A stretch of DNA of 49,561 nt from a virus, in IMG/VR virus record IMGVR_UViG_3300045988_142509. One strand, 5' to 3'. Shown here one piece after another: positions 23,908 through 34,304 of the stretch. Within the stretch, counting starts at the first letter, position 1. Each line of letters opens with the position of its first letter. Made by a program: the position numbers and the translations under genes. The notes beneath the pieces are model-generated. The model worked only from the letters and a program-made list of their open reading frames with translations. It was not told where the DNA came from and did no database searches.

Positions 23908-25528
23908 TCCACAAGAGCGTACATTAGCTTTATGCGAAAGTGCCACACCACACAATAAGCTTAAAACGTGGTTTAGAGGATATATTCCAGAGCATTACAA
24001 GAGATTGAATATTGATATGGACGAAGCTAGAGAACTAGCTTTAAAAGGCGTTGCCGTGGTCAATGCAAGCTTTGGTGAGATGACATATTTCACACAATCT
24101 CTTATCGTTGGCGCATGTTTGTTCAGTAAGTATAAGACAATCACAATCGTAACCACTTCACAATATGGAAAATCATGGACCATTTCCATGGTTGCTATAC
24201 TTTTGGCAAAATTGCAAAAAAAAGACGTAAATATAGTGGCCGGTAAAGATGATATTACTAAAGTCATAATGAAAAATGTACTAAGTCATCTTCAAAACGC
24301 AGATGATTCAATTAAGAAATCACTTTTGGAATACAGAGATAAGATTGATAAATTGAATTCAAGTGTAACAAAAGAAAGTCTGTCGTTTGTTTCTGGTGGT
24401 TCTATCAGTAGTGGTACGTTGGGTTCTACATCTAGCGACCATAAGAAGAGTTCATCCGCTATTGGTCGTGGTGGTGTTTATATTCATGATGAAGCAAGTC
24501 TTACAAGTGATGATGCATTTGCTGAAATTGGTAGACGTGACTTCTCAAACGTAGATGGTGAAAGAGAATTGCTTGTGCAGATATCTAACCCCCATCAAAA
24601 AGGTCAATTTTATGATAAATTGGTAGAAGAAAATCCGCCAAAAGACTCATTGATTATTTGGATGGATGTTAGAACAGTTCTAGAAGAAGGTCGTATTCCT
24701 AGTATAGAACGTGTGAAAGAATCTGACTTCTTTAAAAATGATTCCACATGTCAAAGATATTTCTTGTGTGAACTTGAAACAGATGGTGATACATCCATGT
24801 TCAAGAACATCCAATACAAAGATATTGATAGTCTGATGGAATTACAAGGATTTAAATGGTTTATCGGGCTTGATAGTGCTTATAAAGGTAAAGATAGTAT
24901 CATTCTAACTCTTACAGGTATTAATGATATGGGTCAAGTATTGGTTGCGGACATGTATGAAATGAACAAAGGCAAAAAATGGATTGATGGTGTTACAAGT
25001 GAAGACATCATAAAGTCTGTTTTAAAGGTCGTAGACCAATTTGGTGTGCGTATGATATGTGTGGACGTTGGATATGGTGTTTGGCTTGTTGAGGGGCTTG
25101 CAAAGCACTCCTATGCCCATGGATTCCGTGTTGTCGGAATAAACTTTGGAGCAGGTACAACTCCCGACAGAAAAAAGATGAGTCATTTCTCTGCTAAGTA
25201 CGGAAGTAATATGCGTGCTGAATTACACCTCGATTTACAAGAGCTGATGACTAGCAGAAAGATATGGTTTACAACACCTATTGCCAAGATTCTAGCACCA
25301 CAGATGGTTGCAGTGCGTAGCATAAACAAAAGCGGTGGAAAAATTGGTATAATACCTAAGGATGAGATAAAACATATCATAAAACATTCACCCGATGAAT
25401 TAGATAGTACGCTTTTATCTATCCATGCACTTTTGTTATATATATTAAATGTAGGCAATGATTTACCTGTTTATGATAAAAATTACACAAACAAAGTAGA
25501 TAATCCTAATGAAAAGGAGCAGCATTAA
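23900..25528 (+). CDS. terL: Terminase large subunit (ATPase plus RNaseH-like nuclease)
   Basis: Walker A-like TSQYGKSWTISMV, Walker B VYIHDEASL, nuclease-domain WFIGLDSAYKGKDSIILTL. Confidence 0.8.
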   Translation: MSSPQERTLALCESATPHNKLKTWFRGYIPEHYKRLNIDMDEARELALKGVAVVNASFGEMTYFTQSLIVGACLFSKYKTITIVTTSQYGKSWTISMVAILLAKLQKKDVNIVAGKDDITKVIMKNVLSHLQNADDSIKKSLLEYRDKIDKLNSSVTKESLSFVSGGSISSGTLGSTSSDHKKSSSAIGRGGVYIHDEASLTSDDAFAEIGRRDFSNVDGERELLVQISNPHQKGQFYDKLVEENPPKDSLIIWMDVRTVLEEGRIPSIERVKESDFFKNDSTCQRYFLCELETDGDTSMFKNIQYKDIDSLMELQGFKWFIGLDSAYKGKDSIILTLTGINDMGQVLVADMYEMNKGKKWIDGVTSEDIIKSVLKVVDQFGVRMICVDVGYGVWLVEGLAKHSYAHGFRVVGINFGAGTTPDRKKMSHFSAKYGSNMRAELHLDLQELMTSRKIWFTTPIAKILAPQMVAVRSINKSGGKIGIIPKDEIKHIIKHSPDELDSTLLSIHALLLYILNVGNDLPVYDKNYTNKVDNPNEKEQH

Positions 25529-27065
25529 TTTGAGTAGAAGAAGAAAAAAGAAGATTGCTACAAAGAAAATGTCTTATAAATACAACAAGAAACAGCACAA
25601 TCCAAAGCAGATAAGTAAGGATTTTACCGACCTCGACTTGCTAGACAACTTAACAAAGTGCAAAGAGGGTTGTGGTGTAGGTTTTTCAAAGACATTTGAT
25701 GATGATGTAGAACAACTAGAATGGCTGATTGCGAATCTTCCTACACTTCCATATGTAGAAAGACAATATATCAACAACTTGTTCTCTAATGGACTTACAA
25801 CAGGTGATTATGAGGGTGATAAAGTACTGAAAAACTTTATGTACAAGCAAAATGCCAAAGGAATCACCAATTATGAGACATTGCAACAAGCTGTTATCCA
25901 TGCTAAAGAATATGGAAAATGTGGTTTGCGTTGGTTATCGGATGAAGATGGTTGGATTTTGGTTCCACATGACCACTATGTATCCATTACACAAGATGAT
26001 GAACAATATCTAGGATTCAAACGTACTGTAGCTTATGCAATAAGCACGAATGAAGACGTTGCTATTAATATGACACAGTCTATTGAACTAGATAAAGCTG
26101 AATTCTTGGAAAATGGACGTTTGATTAGTACAAGCAAAGATATCGTTGTGGTCTTACCGGAAGATTTTGTGAACCTACGTAATAAACCTATTAATGAAAA
26201 TGGTGAATCTGTCTTATTGAAAGATAAACAGCGTTTAACATTGCTTGCAAGCGTTTATACACGTTTAAACTACGATATCAAATATGACGGACCTGGTCGT
26301 ATCATCTTTTGGTTAAAAGACGATATATTCAACGGTGGTGCTGTAGACCTTTCATCTAGCCAATTGATTGATAACTCTATTGCTTCACAAAAAAGCAGAC
26401 AAGAACAAGCAATTAATGAATTGCAAGAACTAGGAAATAAAATCAAGTACAGTACTTCTGATGAAGTAGTTCTTGCTTCAAGTATGTTCGATAAAAACAT
26501 AGAACACTTGCCACGTGTTACTAAAGGTACTGAATTCTTTGATTGGTTGAATAAAGAGGGCTCTATTTTAGCTCAAAACTTTGGTATCACACCAGAACTT
26601 ATTGGTCTAGGTGATGTAAGTGGTAACGTTTCAATGGAAAAAATCATTGATAACGCTATGCAAAACAATATCGTTCCGGAACGTGAAAAGATTGCAACAC
26701 AATTTAGTTATTCTCTTTCTTATCATCTTGGTGTCGAGAAAGTTTTCTTTGATAAATACGAATTACAACAACAGATTGATGATTCTTCTGAACGCTTTAA
26801 AAATTCAGAATCAGTACAATTCTTGATGAACGTAAAAGATGAAAATGGTGTTCGAGATGAAAAGTGTGTCGAAACAGCATATGCGATTTTAGATAGCATG
26901 ATGCAGAAACTTGGTGCATATCAACCCGACAAGTCTTATGAAACTTCAAGAGAAAAGTATAACAGAATCAAAGAAGACGAAAAAAAGCAAGAAGATAAAG
27001 AAAAAGAAGATAAAAAATCCACAAGTAAGCTGAAAAGCGTACTTAAAAAGATGGTATTTGAATAA
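25509..27065 (+). CDS. Portal protein (putative)
   Basis: 518-aa ORF directly after TerL, with an acidic C-terminus. True start is probably TTG 25530, which follows AAGGAG. Confidence 0.55.
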   Translation: MKRSSINLSRRRKKKIATKKMSYKYNKKQHNPKQISKDFTDLDLLDNLTKCKEGCGVGFSKTFDDDVEQLEWLIANLPTLPYVERQYINNLFSNGLTTGDYEGDKVLKNFMYKQNAKGITNYETLQQAVIHAKEYGKCGLRWLSDEDGWILVPHDHYVSITQDDEQYLGFKRTVAYAISTNEDVAINMTQSIELDKAEFLENGRLISTSKDIVVVLPEDFVNLRNKPINENGESVLLKDKQRLTLLASVYTRLNYDIKYDGPGRIIFWLKDDIFNGGAVDLSSSQLIDNSIASQKSRQEQAINELQELGNKIKYSTSDEVVLASSMFDKNIEHLPRVTKGTEFFDWLNKEGSILAQNFGITPELIGLGDVSGNVSMEKIIDNAMQNNIVPEREKIATQFSYSLSYHLGVEKVFFDKYELQQQIDDSSERFKNSESVQFLMNVKDENGVRDEKCVETAYAILDSMMQKLGAYQPDKSYETSREKYNRIKEDEKKQEDKEKEDKKSTSKLKSVLKKMVFE

Positions 27066-27079
27066 AAAGGAGAAAAATT

Positions 27080-27613
27080 ATGGATTATTTAGAAGAAGCT
27101 TTAAAAGCAACAGAAGCAGTGCCTTTTGCCACTATTGATGGTGAAAATGTTTATGATTTTCAAGAAGCGCAAAAACTCAACAGACGTGAATTGATGAAAG
27201 AAAAAATTCAAGGGCGCAAGGTAAAGTTTGATGAAAGACCATTGAATCCAGATGGAGTAAGTTATGCTCGCTCTCGTTCTGAAAATATTTGTGTGAATCC
27301 GGAAATCTTCACTAAAAATGTTTACCGAATCACTAAATATGGCAATAAGAAAGCACTTGAATTTGTTGTTGACTATCGAGCTATCAAAGGAAAAGACAGC
27401 AACAATGTGTATCTTAAGAATATTCCGACATATATCGTTGGTAAAGTTGATGAAAATTATAAGCTTTTAGCTAAAGGCAGTGTAAGTGATACCGAATTCG
27501 TAAACAAGTTCAATGATTCACTGTCTATTGATGATATGGTAATTATTTTAAAGGCTATTCAAGAAGACGAAAACAGCGTTAATGAACAAAAATCGTTAAA
27601 AACCCTGTTATAA
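27080..27613 (+). CDS. Head-morphogenesis / minor head protein (putative)
   Basis: Called from position between portal and protease. RBS AAGGAGAAAAA. Confidence 0.35.
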   Translation: MDYLEEALKATEAVPFATIDGENVYDFQEAQKLNRRELMKEKIQGRKVKFDERPLNPDGVSYARSRSENICVNPEIFTKNVYRITKYGNKKALEFVVDYRAIKGKDSNNVYLKNIPTYIVGKVDENYKLLAKGSVSDTEFVNKFNDSLSIDDMVIILKAIQEDENSVNEQKSLKTLL

Positions 27614-27713
27614 ATGCGAAAATATGGACATTTTTTGTTACTAAAGCTCAATTTTTGAGTTTTTAGTATAAATATTGCCCGAAAGGGTGCAGTTATGAAA
27701 GGAGCATGAAGAA

Positions 27714-27995
27714 ATGGCTGTAAAGACTGTAAAAAGAAGTTTTACTACGAAAGTTACGTTTTCAACACAATCGGGGTTGACACCTATCACATTAAGTGGT
27801 GATGATGCAGAAAATTTCTATTCTGCTTGGATGAACGGACATTATGAACGCCCATTCGTGTTTGAAAAAACAGTTGAAGAAGTAACAACTACTGTTTCTG
27901 TTAAATTACAAGACGTTGTAATGGTAGAAAAAACTGCTACGACAGCAACAGAAGACCAAACATTGGGTAAATGTAAAGACCCCGATAAGGAGTAA
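27714..27995 (+). CDS. Hypothetical structural-module protein
   Basis: 93 aa. RBS AAGGAG. Confidence 0.4.
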   Translation: MAVKTVKRSFTTKVTFSTQSGLTPITLSGDDAENFYSAWMNGHYERPFVFEKTVEEVTTTVSVKLQDVVMVEKTATTATEDQTLGKCKDPDKE

Positions 27996-28122
27996 TTTAT
28001 GGAAGAACCTATTTACTTTGAATCGGAAAAAGAAAGATTAGCCTATTTACGTGGTAAAAACAAAAAGGTGGACGTAGTTCCAATCGAAGACAAAAAGTCG
28101 AAAGAAAAGAAAGTGAAAAAGA

Positions 28123-28437
28123 ATGTCAAATAAAACATTTAAACTACAAAATTGCTTTGAGATGAATCAAGAAGTCGTATATCCGCAAAAAAATAAAGGA
28201 TATCTGTCTTGGGTGCGTTCAACTTTCCAAATTAACAAGAATTATGATGTGGAAGACTTTGACAGCGAGGCTTTGCGATATTTAAAAGCAAAAACTGTTC
28301 GTTATAGCTACAATCAACAAGCTGAAGACATGCTAAAAGCATTGGGAATTGATTATGAAATTACTATGTGTAAATCATGTGGCGGACGAACTAAAAAGTT
28401 AGTGTTTAAGATGTTCGATTTTTCAAACGGTGAATAG
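28123..28437 (+). CDS. Hypothetical protein with C-terminal CxxC (CKSCGG)
   Basis: 104 aa ORF. Confidence 0.35.
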   Translation: MSNKTFKLQNCFEMNQEVVYPQKNKGYLSWVRSTFQINKNYDVEDFDSEALRYLKAKTVRYSYNQQAEDMLKALGIDYEITMCKSCGGRTKKLVFKMFDFSNGE

Positions 28438-29475
28438 ATGAAATTACCTACTATTTTTTCTTGGATTAACCAAGATATAGAATCACGTAAAGAGGAAAAA
28501 GAAAAGTTTGACGAAATGTTAGCTTTGTCAAACAAAAGCAAGCCTAAACGTATCTTCTTAAATACTTCTGTTCAAAAAGGTGAAAAGGTACGTTTGCTTG
28601 ACGAAGGTAAGAATATTGCAAAAGACTTTATTATTCCAAAAGGTACTATCAAGTCTTATTATGATTCATTGCCCGATGATTATGTAGGGTATATCAATAT
28701 CGGTCATTTTGATGTATGTGAATTCCCATTAATTTTAGGATATTGGGAAAAATCAGATTTAGAAATCGTACCAACAAAAGATGGTAGAGTCGGTTTGAAT
28801 TGTACACCACATTTTGACGGAAATAACCCGTTTGTACAATATCTATCAACATCAAACATTCCATTGAGTGTAAGTGTTGAAATGAAAGCCGAATATGATT
28901 GGGAGAAAACAGAAGTTATGCAAACTGATGTATACTCAAAAATCTTTATAGGAGGTTTCTCGGTCGTAGGGAATCCGGCCAATGCAAGTTCTACCGATTT
29001 ACATATGAGCAAAGGAGAAAATATGAGCATTTTTAGTAAATTGCTATCTTCTTATTCTGACGAAGAACAATCTAAAGAAGTAGAAGTAGAAACAGAAAAA
29101 GATGAAACTGTTGAAAACACTTCTGAAGACGTTCAAGAAGAAAAAGCAGAAGAATCTGTTGAAGAAGAAGCTAAAGAAGATGAAGAAAAAGTAGAAGAAA
29201 ATGCAGAAGATATTGAATTGTCTAAAGAGTATGAAGCTTTAGAACAATTACTCAAAGATAAAGACACTCAAATTGCTGAATTAACCAAAAAAGTAAATGA
29301 ATACAGCAATAATGAAGCGAATTTGAACAGTCAATTAGAACAATTGGCGGAACAAAACAAACAATTAAATACTTCCATGAGTGAATCTTTCGAAAAATTA
29401 AATGCGTTATTAAAAAAATCTTCTGTAAGTACAGTTAAAGAAAGCAAAAAACAATCTGATGCTGTATTTGGATAA
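28438..29475 (+). CDS. Prohead protease (HK97 gp4-like, S78) fused to an acidic coiled-coil scaffolding domain
   Basis: N-terminal part has YINIGHFD and GGFSVVGNPANASS (compare EVSLV..PAN). C-terminal 150 aa are E/K-rich coiled coil (EEEAKEDEEKVEENAEDIE...). Confidence 0.55.
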   Translation: MKLPTIFSWINQDIESRKEEKEKFDEMLALSNKSKPKRIFLNTSVQKGEKVRLLDEGKNIAKDFIIPKGTIKSYYDSLPDDYVGYINIGHFDVCEFPLILGYWEKSDLEIVPTKDGRVGLNCTPHFDGNNPFVQYLSTSNIPLSVSVEMKAEYDWEKTEVMQTDVYSKIFIGGFSVVGNPANASSTDLHMSKGENMSIFSKLLSSYSDEEQSKEVEVETEKDETVENTSEDVQEEKAEESVEEEAKEDEEKVEENAEDIELSKEYEALEQLLKDKDTQIAELTKKVNEYSNNEANLNSQLEQLAEQNKQLNTSMSESFEKLNALLKKSSVSTVKESKKQSDAVFG

Positions 29476-29493
29476 GAAAGGGGAATAGACTAA

Positions 29494-30642
29494 ATGTTTA
29501 ACTTATCACAAACAGAATTATCAAATCGTTCAATTGATATGGGAAATGTGATTCAATTGAGTAACATTGGTGAATTTGGTATTGGTAAAGATTATTCCAA
29601 AAACAAAGAAGCTAATGCGTTCCAAAATATTTTCCCATTTTTCAATTGGTTAGCACAAACAAATCAATCTTTGATGGCAAAATCAGCTTTCAACAACGGA
29701 AGTTTACAAATCACAAAAGACCATGATGGAAACTTCCAAGTAACATTGCCTTACAAATGGGGTACTACTTATCCCGAATCAACAACAGGTGAATGCTGCT
29801 GGATTGCACCGGATTTAGCAAAATGCGGAGCTAATGCACCATTCAACTTGTTATGTATGAAAGAATGTCAAAATGTAATGGAAAAATTCTTATATGACAA
29901 AGAGCGTTTTCAACGAAATGATATGATTTCTTACTATATGCGACAAGGTGAAACTTACAATGATGCAAAAATGCGTTTTGTAAAAGACTTTATGGCATTC
30001 TTCACGATTCGTAACTTGATTTTAGGTACTAGTGATACAACTACTGATACATTAAAGAAATTCCATGGTGTTATGGAAGTTATGGAAGGTGCTGACGTTA
30101 TCAAAATCTTAGGTACTAATATCTTAGGTGCTTTTGATGAGATTCGTTGTCGTTCTTCTGTTATCGGAGAGGGTTCAGACGTTGTATTCGTATGTCACCC
30201 ATTAGTAATGGATGGAATCCGTTCGGTTATCACGAAAGGACAAAATGGAGAATATCCAGAGGGTTGGTCACGTGATGGTGATGAAATTACATTCCGTGGT
30301 CACAAATTTATTGAAGATAAATTGATTCCTGTAGACGTTACAGCGGGAAATGGTGAAGTATGGATGTGTGATGGAGATGCATTAGGTGAATTATTAATCA
30401 CAACTCCACGTCCAGAAGATGAATATGTATTCGAGTCAGATACTCACGGAAAGACTCCAACAGAGGGTTGCGGAAATATCTGTACTTATATGTATAACGC
30501 AGGACTTGCATTTACTTCTGACCCTAATAAACTTGCTGTAATTACTAAGGTTCCAATGAGTGCTAACTGCTTAGGTTCTAAGTTAGATGGATTGGATTAT
30601 GTAATTACACCTGAAACAATCGTTCCAATCTTGACTGACTAA
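29494..30642 (+). CDS. Major capsid protein (putative)
   Basis: 382 aa directly after the protease/scaffold. RBS AAAGGGGAA. Confidence 0.55.
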   Translation: MFNLSQTELSNRSIDMGNVIQLSNIGEFGIGKDYSKNKEANAFQNIFPFFNWLAQTNQSLMAKSAFNNGSLQITKDHDGNFQVTLPYKWGTTYPESTTGECCWIAPDLAKCGANAPFNLLCMKECQNVMEKFLYDKERFQRNDMISYYMRQGETYNDAKMRFVKDFMAFFTIRNLILGTSDTTTDTLKKFHGVMEVMEGADVIKILGTNILGAFDEIRCRSSVIGEGSDVVFVCHPLVMDGIRSVITKGQNGEYPEGWSRDGDEITFRGHKFIEDKLIPVDVTAGNGEVWMCDGDALGELLITTPRPEDEYVFESDTHGKTPTEGCGNICTYMYNAGLAFTSDPNKLAVITKVPMSANCLGSKLDGLDYVITPETIVPILTD

Positions 30643-31382
30643 TGGAACTATACGAACCTATCATTCAGCAACTAAAAGATTATTGTGATTGCTTAAAAGA
30701 TAAGGATTTAAAAGACACAGATAAATTTGCTAAGAATGTTGAACAACTAATCAACCTTATTTCAACATTGACTTGTTGGAAACGTGGTGATGAGGTTTGC
30801 GAAACATTCTTAATGCAAACTCGTGTTGAATATATTGATGTATCCTTAATTTCAAGATGCTGTCGATGTGACAATGGAATCATGAATACCGAATTGTTCT
30901 ATGATTTAGTTCAACCGGATTCAATCAAAATCCAATTAAAGATTCGAGATGGTATCCATATCAAATATATTGATATTGATAACTCACATTTTGAATATGA
31001 CGTTACAACAAATGAATTATGGATTGATTTATCCGATTATCTTTTAACAGGTGAATGTAGTTGCGAAAAAGTAGAAAAACTAATTGTCACGTATGACGCA
31101 GGGTTTGAACAAATACCAGAATGTTTGTTACCGGTCTTTTGTGATTATTTACAGTATGTAATTGAAATGAACAGGTGTGAATGTAGCACGTGTGATACAT
31201 GCAACAGCACAGAAGATTACGAAGATGCAGAAAAGGACTTGATTGTAAACCTTGACAATACAGACGAGCAATTAAATACATATATTGCTGTAAGAAGAAA
31301 TATTGTAAAGACATATGCAAGACAATTAGAAATAATTTCTCTATGTGGTAGACATAGAAGATTTTTAGGAATGGTTGTATGA
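30642..31382 (+). CDS. Cys-rich head-completion / connector-region protein (putative)
   Basis: 246 aa with about 20 Cys in CxC / CxxC clusters. Confidence 0.35.
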   Translation: MELYEPIIQQLKDYCDCLKDKDLKDTDKFAKNVEQLINLISTLTCWKRGDEVCETFLMQTRVEYIDVSLISRCCRCDNGIMNTELFYDLVQPDSIKIQLKIRDGIHIKYIDIDNSHFEYDVTTNELWIDLSDYLLTGECSCEKVEKLIVTYDAGFEQIPECLLPVFCDYLQYVIEMNRCECSTCDTCNSTEDYEDAEKDLIVNLDNTDEQLNTYIAVRRNIVKTYARQLEIISLCGRHRRFLGMVV

Positions 31383-31627
31383 AAATTAAATACACAGGTA
31401 TAGAAGAAACAAGACCAAAATCTAGTGGTTGTCCTGTATGCGGTGCCCGTGTCGTTAGAAAGCGTACAGTGCAATTCACACGTTCATTCAAAGTTCCAAG
31501 TGGAAAATCTATTACTTTTAGAATCGGACATCCTCAAGAAGTTTCGAAAGAAGATGGAGAATATTTAAAAAACTTCTCTTATCAAGTTGGTAAGTACACT
31601 GTTTATCCTTTCGTTGAGGTTAAGTAA
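31379..31627 (+). CDS. Small head-tail joining protein with CxxC (CPVCG)
   Basis: 82 aa. Confidence 0.35.
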   Translation: MKIKYTGIEETRPKSSGCPVCGARVVRKRTVQFTRSFKVPSGKSITFRIGHPQEVSKEDGEYLKNFSYQVGKYTVYPFVEVK

Positions 31628-32052
31628 TGGCTTATGTAAAGGTTGGAAACCGAGTAGGTACAATCGGTCTTGAAAAAAAGATAAACTCCATTGCACAAAG
31701 AAAAAGTCATGAAATCGGCACACAGATGAAAAATCTATGTATAGCAAAATGTCCTGTAGACACAGGAACACTTAGAAAGGCTATTCGTTTGAAAAGTAAC
31801 GGAAAATATGAAGTCCAAGTGTTCATAGATAAATCAATTGCCCCACACGCTAAATATGTTTTGGGTGGACATGGAACTATTTATCCAGTTAGGGCAAAGC
31901 ATCTAAAATTCAAACCAAAAGGTTCGGACAGATATGTATATGCAAAGAAAGTAAAACCTGTTAAGCCTAATAATTTCATGCATGAAGCACTTATGGAAGT
32001 TAAAGCTAGAAGAAATACAAAATCTAAAGGAACTTATAATCCTAATATCTAG
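31627..32052 (+). CDS. HK97 gp10-like head-tail / tail-completion protein
   Basis: CPVDTGTLRKAIRLK...YVLGGHGTIYPVRAKHLKF matches the gp10 family pattern (TG.LR.SI ... YA..VE.G). Confidence 0.5.
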   Translation: MAYVKVGNRVGTIGLEKKINSIAQRKSHEIGTQMKNLCIAKCPVDTGTLRKAIRLKSNGKYEVQVFIDKSIAPHAKYVLGGHGTIYPVRAKHLKFKPKGSDRYVYAKKVKPVKPNNFMHEALMEVKARRNTKSKGTYNPNI

Positions 32053-32067
32053 GAAAAGGAGAATATA

Positions 32068-32229
32068 ATGGCTGAAAATAAAGCAGAAGTAAAAAAAGCT
32101 GCAAAACCTAAAGTTGATGTAGATGCTTTTATCGCACGTAAAATGAATGTATTAAATATGGTTGGTACAGCTAAAGCAAATCGTGCAATGGATAGAGTCA
32201 TTGCAAAAAATAAAGGGGGATTAGCGTAA
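32068..32229 (+). CDS. Hypothetical small protein (53 aa; not in ORF track)
   Basis: ATG 32068 after AGGAAAAGGAGAATATA. Stop overlaps the next start (TAATG). Confidence 0.35.
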   Translation: MAENKAEVKKAAKPKVDVDAFIARKMNVLNMVGTAKANRAMDRVIAKNKGGLA

Positions 32230-33611
32230 TGTCAAACTGTTCTAATATGGAAATTGCTAATCTGATTCAAACTTCAAAATTAGATAAATATACGGAAGTT
32301 GATTTTACCGCAATGCAAGATATTGAAGCTTGTGCAAAAATCAACACAAAACATTTCATTGAAACACATGGAAACATTACATCTTATAGTTCGTTGAATA
32401 CTCCACAAGATTTATTTAACATTTGTGAAACTTTCGGATGTAAAAACACAGGTACTCGTACAATCCTTGGAGAATTAAAAGAAAGTAAATCTGTTGCTAG
32501 TGGAAAATTTAGTTCAATTTCTGATTCAACTAAATATTTTGCAGGTGTTGTTTCTTATTATGTATTCTTGCCAAAAGAAGGTACTTATACTATTGATACA
32601 ACTATCTCTGATTTAAAAGATGATAAACAGCAAAACGCCGATAAGTACACAAAGACTGTAGTAGCAAATCACGGAGGATTTTATCCAGTATCTGTTGAAT
32701 TAGCAATTGCACCAACTGCTGATGTAGGTGATGGATGGACAGCTACAACAAATGGTGTGGTTATCAATATTGAAATTGCAACTGAATCTGAAACAGCGTT
32801 ATCTGTTGGTATTTCTTCAATTTCTTTGTTTGATTCAATCGAAGATTTAGAAGGTAATGATGCAATTAAATTATCTTGTTTAGCATCTATTGATGGAAAT
32901 GATAGTTTCACAGCGTTAGCTGAAGCTTGTTTAGCGGCTCAATTAGACGATAGTACGCTTGAATTGACACGTGATATTGCATTCAAGAAATACTCTCCAA
33001 ACGCTTGGAAATTGCACCCTATGGCTCGAAAAATTGATGTAGACGGTGGATTCTACATGATTACAAAGAATTTCGTAGTCGAAAAAGACCCTGATAACGA
33101 AAAACAAGGTCGTATCCATCTACAAGACCATTTCATTGATGAATGTGGTTATGTATATGCTTCTTTGGATGATACTTGCAACATTACAGACGCATTGTTG
33201 AAACGTATCAACAGTCCAAACCGTATGACATTAGATGAACGTCAATTCCAAGTTATCAATACAGAACAAAACCCTGATGCTGATGTAGTTGGTTCTTATC
33301 TGTATGTTGATGCAAGTTTGGTAGGAAAAACATTAAAAGTTTCTTATCCAAAAACAGCTGATGCCAGTGAACAAATCGTGTATGATGCAAAATCAATCAA
33401 TAAGAAGCGTTATAAAGTCACATGGCCAGAAAAGAAAAGTGATGGAACAATGCTTATCAACCAACTTAATAATGTGTTGATTACAGCATTCCCAATGGAT
33501 TTAAATACCGATAACTCAAGCGAAAAAACATTGTCTGTATCTGTCCAACCAGATTCTCAAGGTATTTATATCCGACAAACAATTATCAATAGAGAAGCAG
33601 GACTTCTATAG
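32229..33611 (+). CDS. Major tail protein (putative; 460 aa, probably with C-terminal decoration domains)
   Basis: Position before the chaperone/tape-measure pair. RBS AAAGGGGGATTAG. Confidence 0.45.
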   Translation: MSNCSNMEIANLIQTSKLDKYTEVDFTAMQDIEACAKINTKHFIETHGNITSYSSLNTPQDLFNICETFGCKNTGTRTILGELKESKSVASGKFSSISDSTKYFAGVVSYYVFLPKEGTYTIDTTISDLKDDKQQNADKYTKTVVANHGGFYPVSVELAIAPTADVGDGWTATTNGVVINIEIATESETALSVGISSISLFDSIEDLEGNDAIKLSCLASIDGNDSFTALAEACLAAQLDDSTLELTRDIAFKKYSPNAWKLHPMARKIDVDGGFYMITKNFVVEKDPDNEKQGRIHLQDHFIDECGYVYASLDDTCNITDALLKRINSPNRMTLDERQFQVINTEQNPDADVVGSYLYVDASLVGKTLKVSYPKTADASEQIVYDAKSINKKRYKVTWPEKKSDGTMLINQLNNVLITAFPMDLNTDNSSEKTLSVSVQPDSQGIYIRQTIINREAGLL

Positions 33612-33641
33612 TCCACTTCTCTAATATAGGAGGTAACAAAA

Positions 33642-34304
33642 ATGAGTCAAAAATTCACAGTTGACGATATTAAAGGCTATAACGAGCAAGCAATTACACC
33701 ATCACAAGTGGTAGAAATGCATAAAGTAGTTGAAAAAGCTAGAGATAGTGAAAAACCATTCTTGGTTAACAATAATGACCAATTAAGTATTATTGGAGAC
33801 CCAAACGATACAGAAAAAGAAACTATTTCTTCAATCAAAATGAGATTCTGTTTTGGAAAAGATGAGTTTGAAAAGATTCCCGAAGACGCACAAGTTGTAG
33901 GAAATAAGGTGTATTTGACACGGGAATTTAAAGACGTTGAAATCAATCCAAACGATTGCTTAAGAAGTGGTTATTCTTTAATGAAATTAATGCCGTTCTT
34001 TCACGATGTTGACAAGTTAACGGAAAAAATGAATAAAAAGATTGCTAGTATCGACAAGAATGATACGAATTATCGAAAGAAAGTTGATGATATCACAAAC
34101 GATTATGGTGTAGAAGTCATTCGACTTATTGCATGGTCCAATGATGATGTAAGAAAAGCATTAAATGAATTCGTTGCTTCAGTACTTGGTATTGATGATA
34201 CTTTGAAAGACAAAATGGATTCGTATTATGTGTTTACTTGTTTCTATCAAATCATTGATAAGAACCCTAATATCCTAAATGAATTTGAAGTACTTTTTGG
34301 ATAA
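33642..34304 (+). CDS. Tail assembly chaperone (gpG-like)
   Basis: Immediately upstream of the tape measure. The -1 frame stays open from its last codons into 34385-34612. Confidence 0.5.
   Translation: MSQKFTVDDIKGYNEQAITPSQVVEMHKVVEKARDSEKPFLVNNNDQLSIIGDPNDTEKETISSIKMRFCFGKDEFEKIPEDAQVVGNKVYLTREFKDVEINPNDCLRSGYSLMKLMPFFHDVDKLTEKMNKKIASIDKNDTNYRKKVDDITNDYGVEVIRLIAWSNDDVRKALNEFVASVLGIDDTLKDKMDSYYVFTCFYQIIDKNPNILNEFEVLFG

Noticed and set aside
23389-25528. Transposase / mobile element near the terminase
   Set aside because: The 542-aa protein has the terminase ATPase and nuclease motifs, not a DDE transposase. No inverted terminal repeats.
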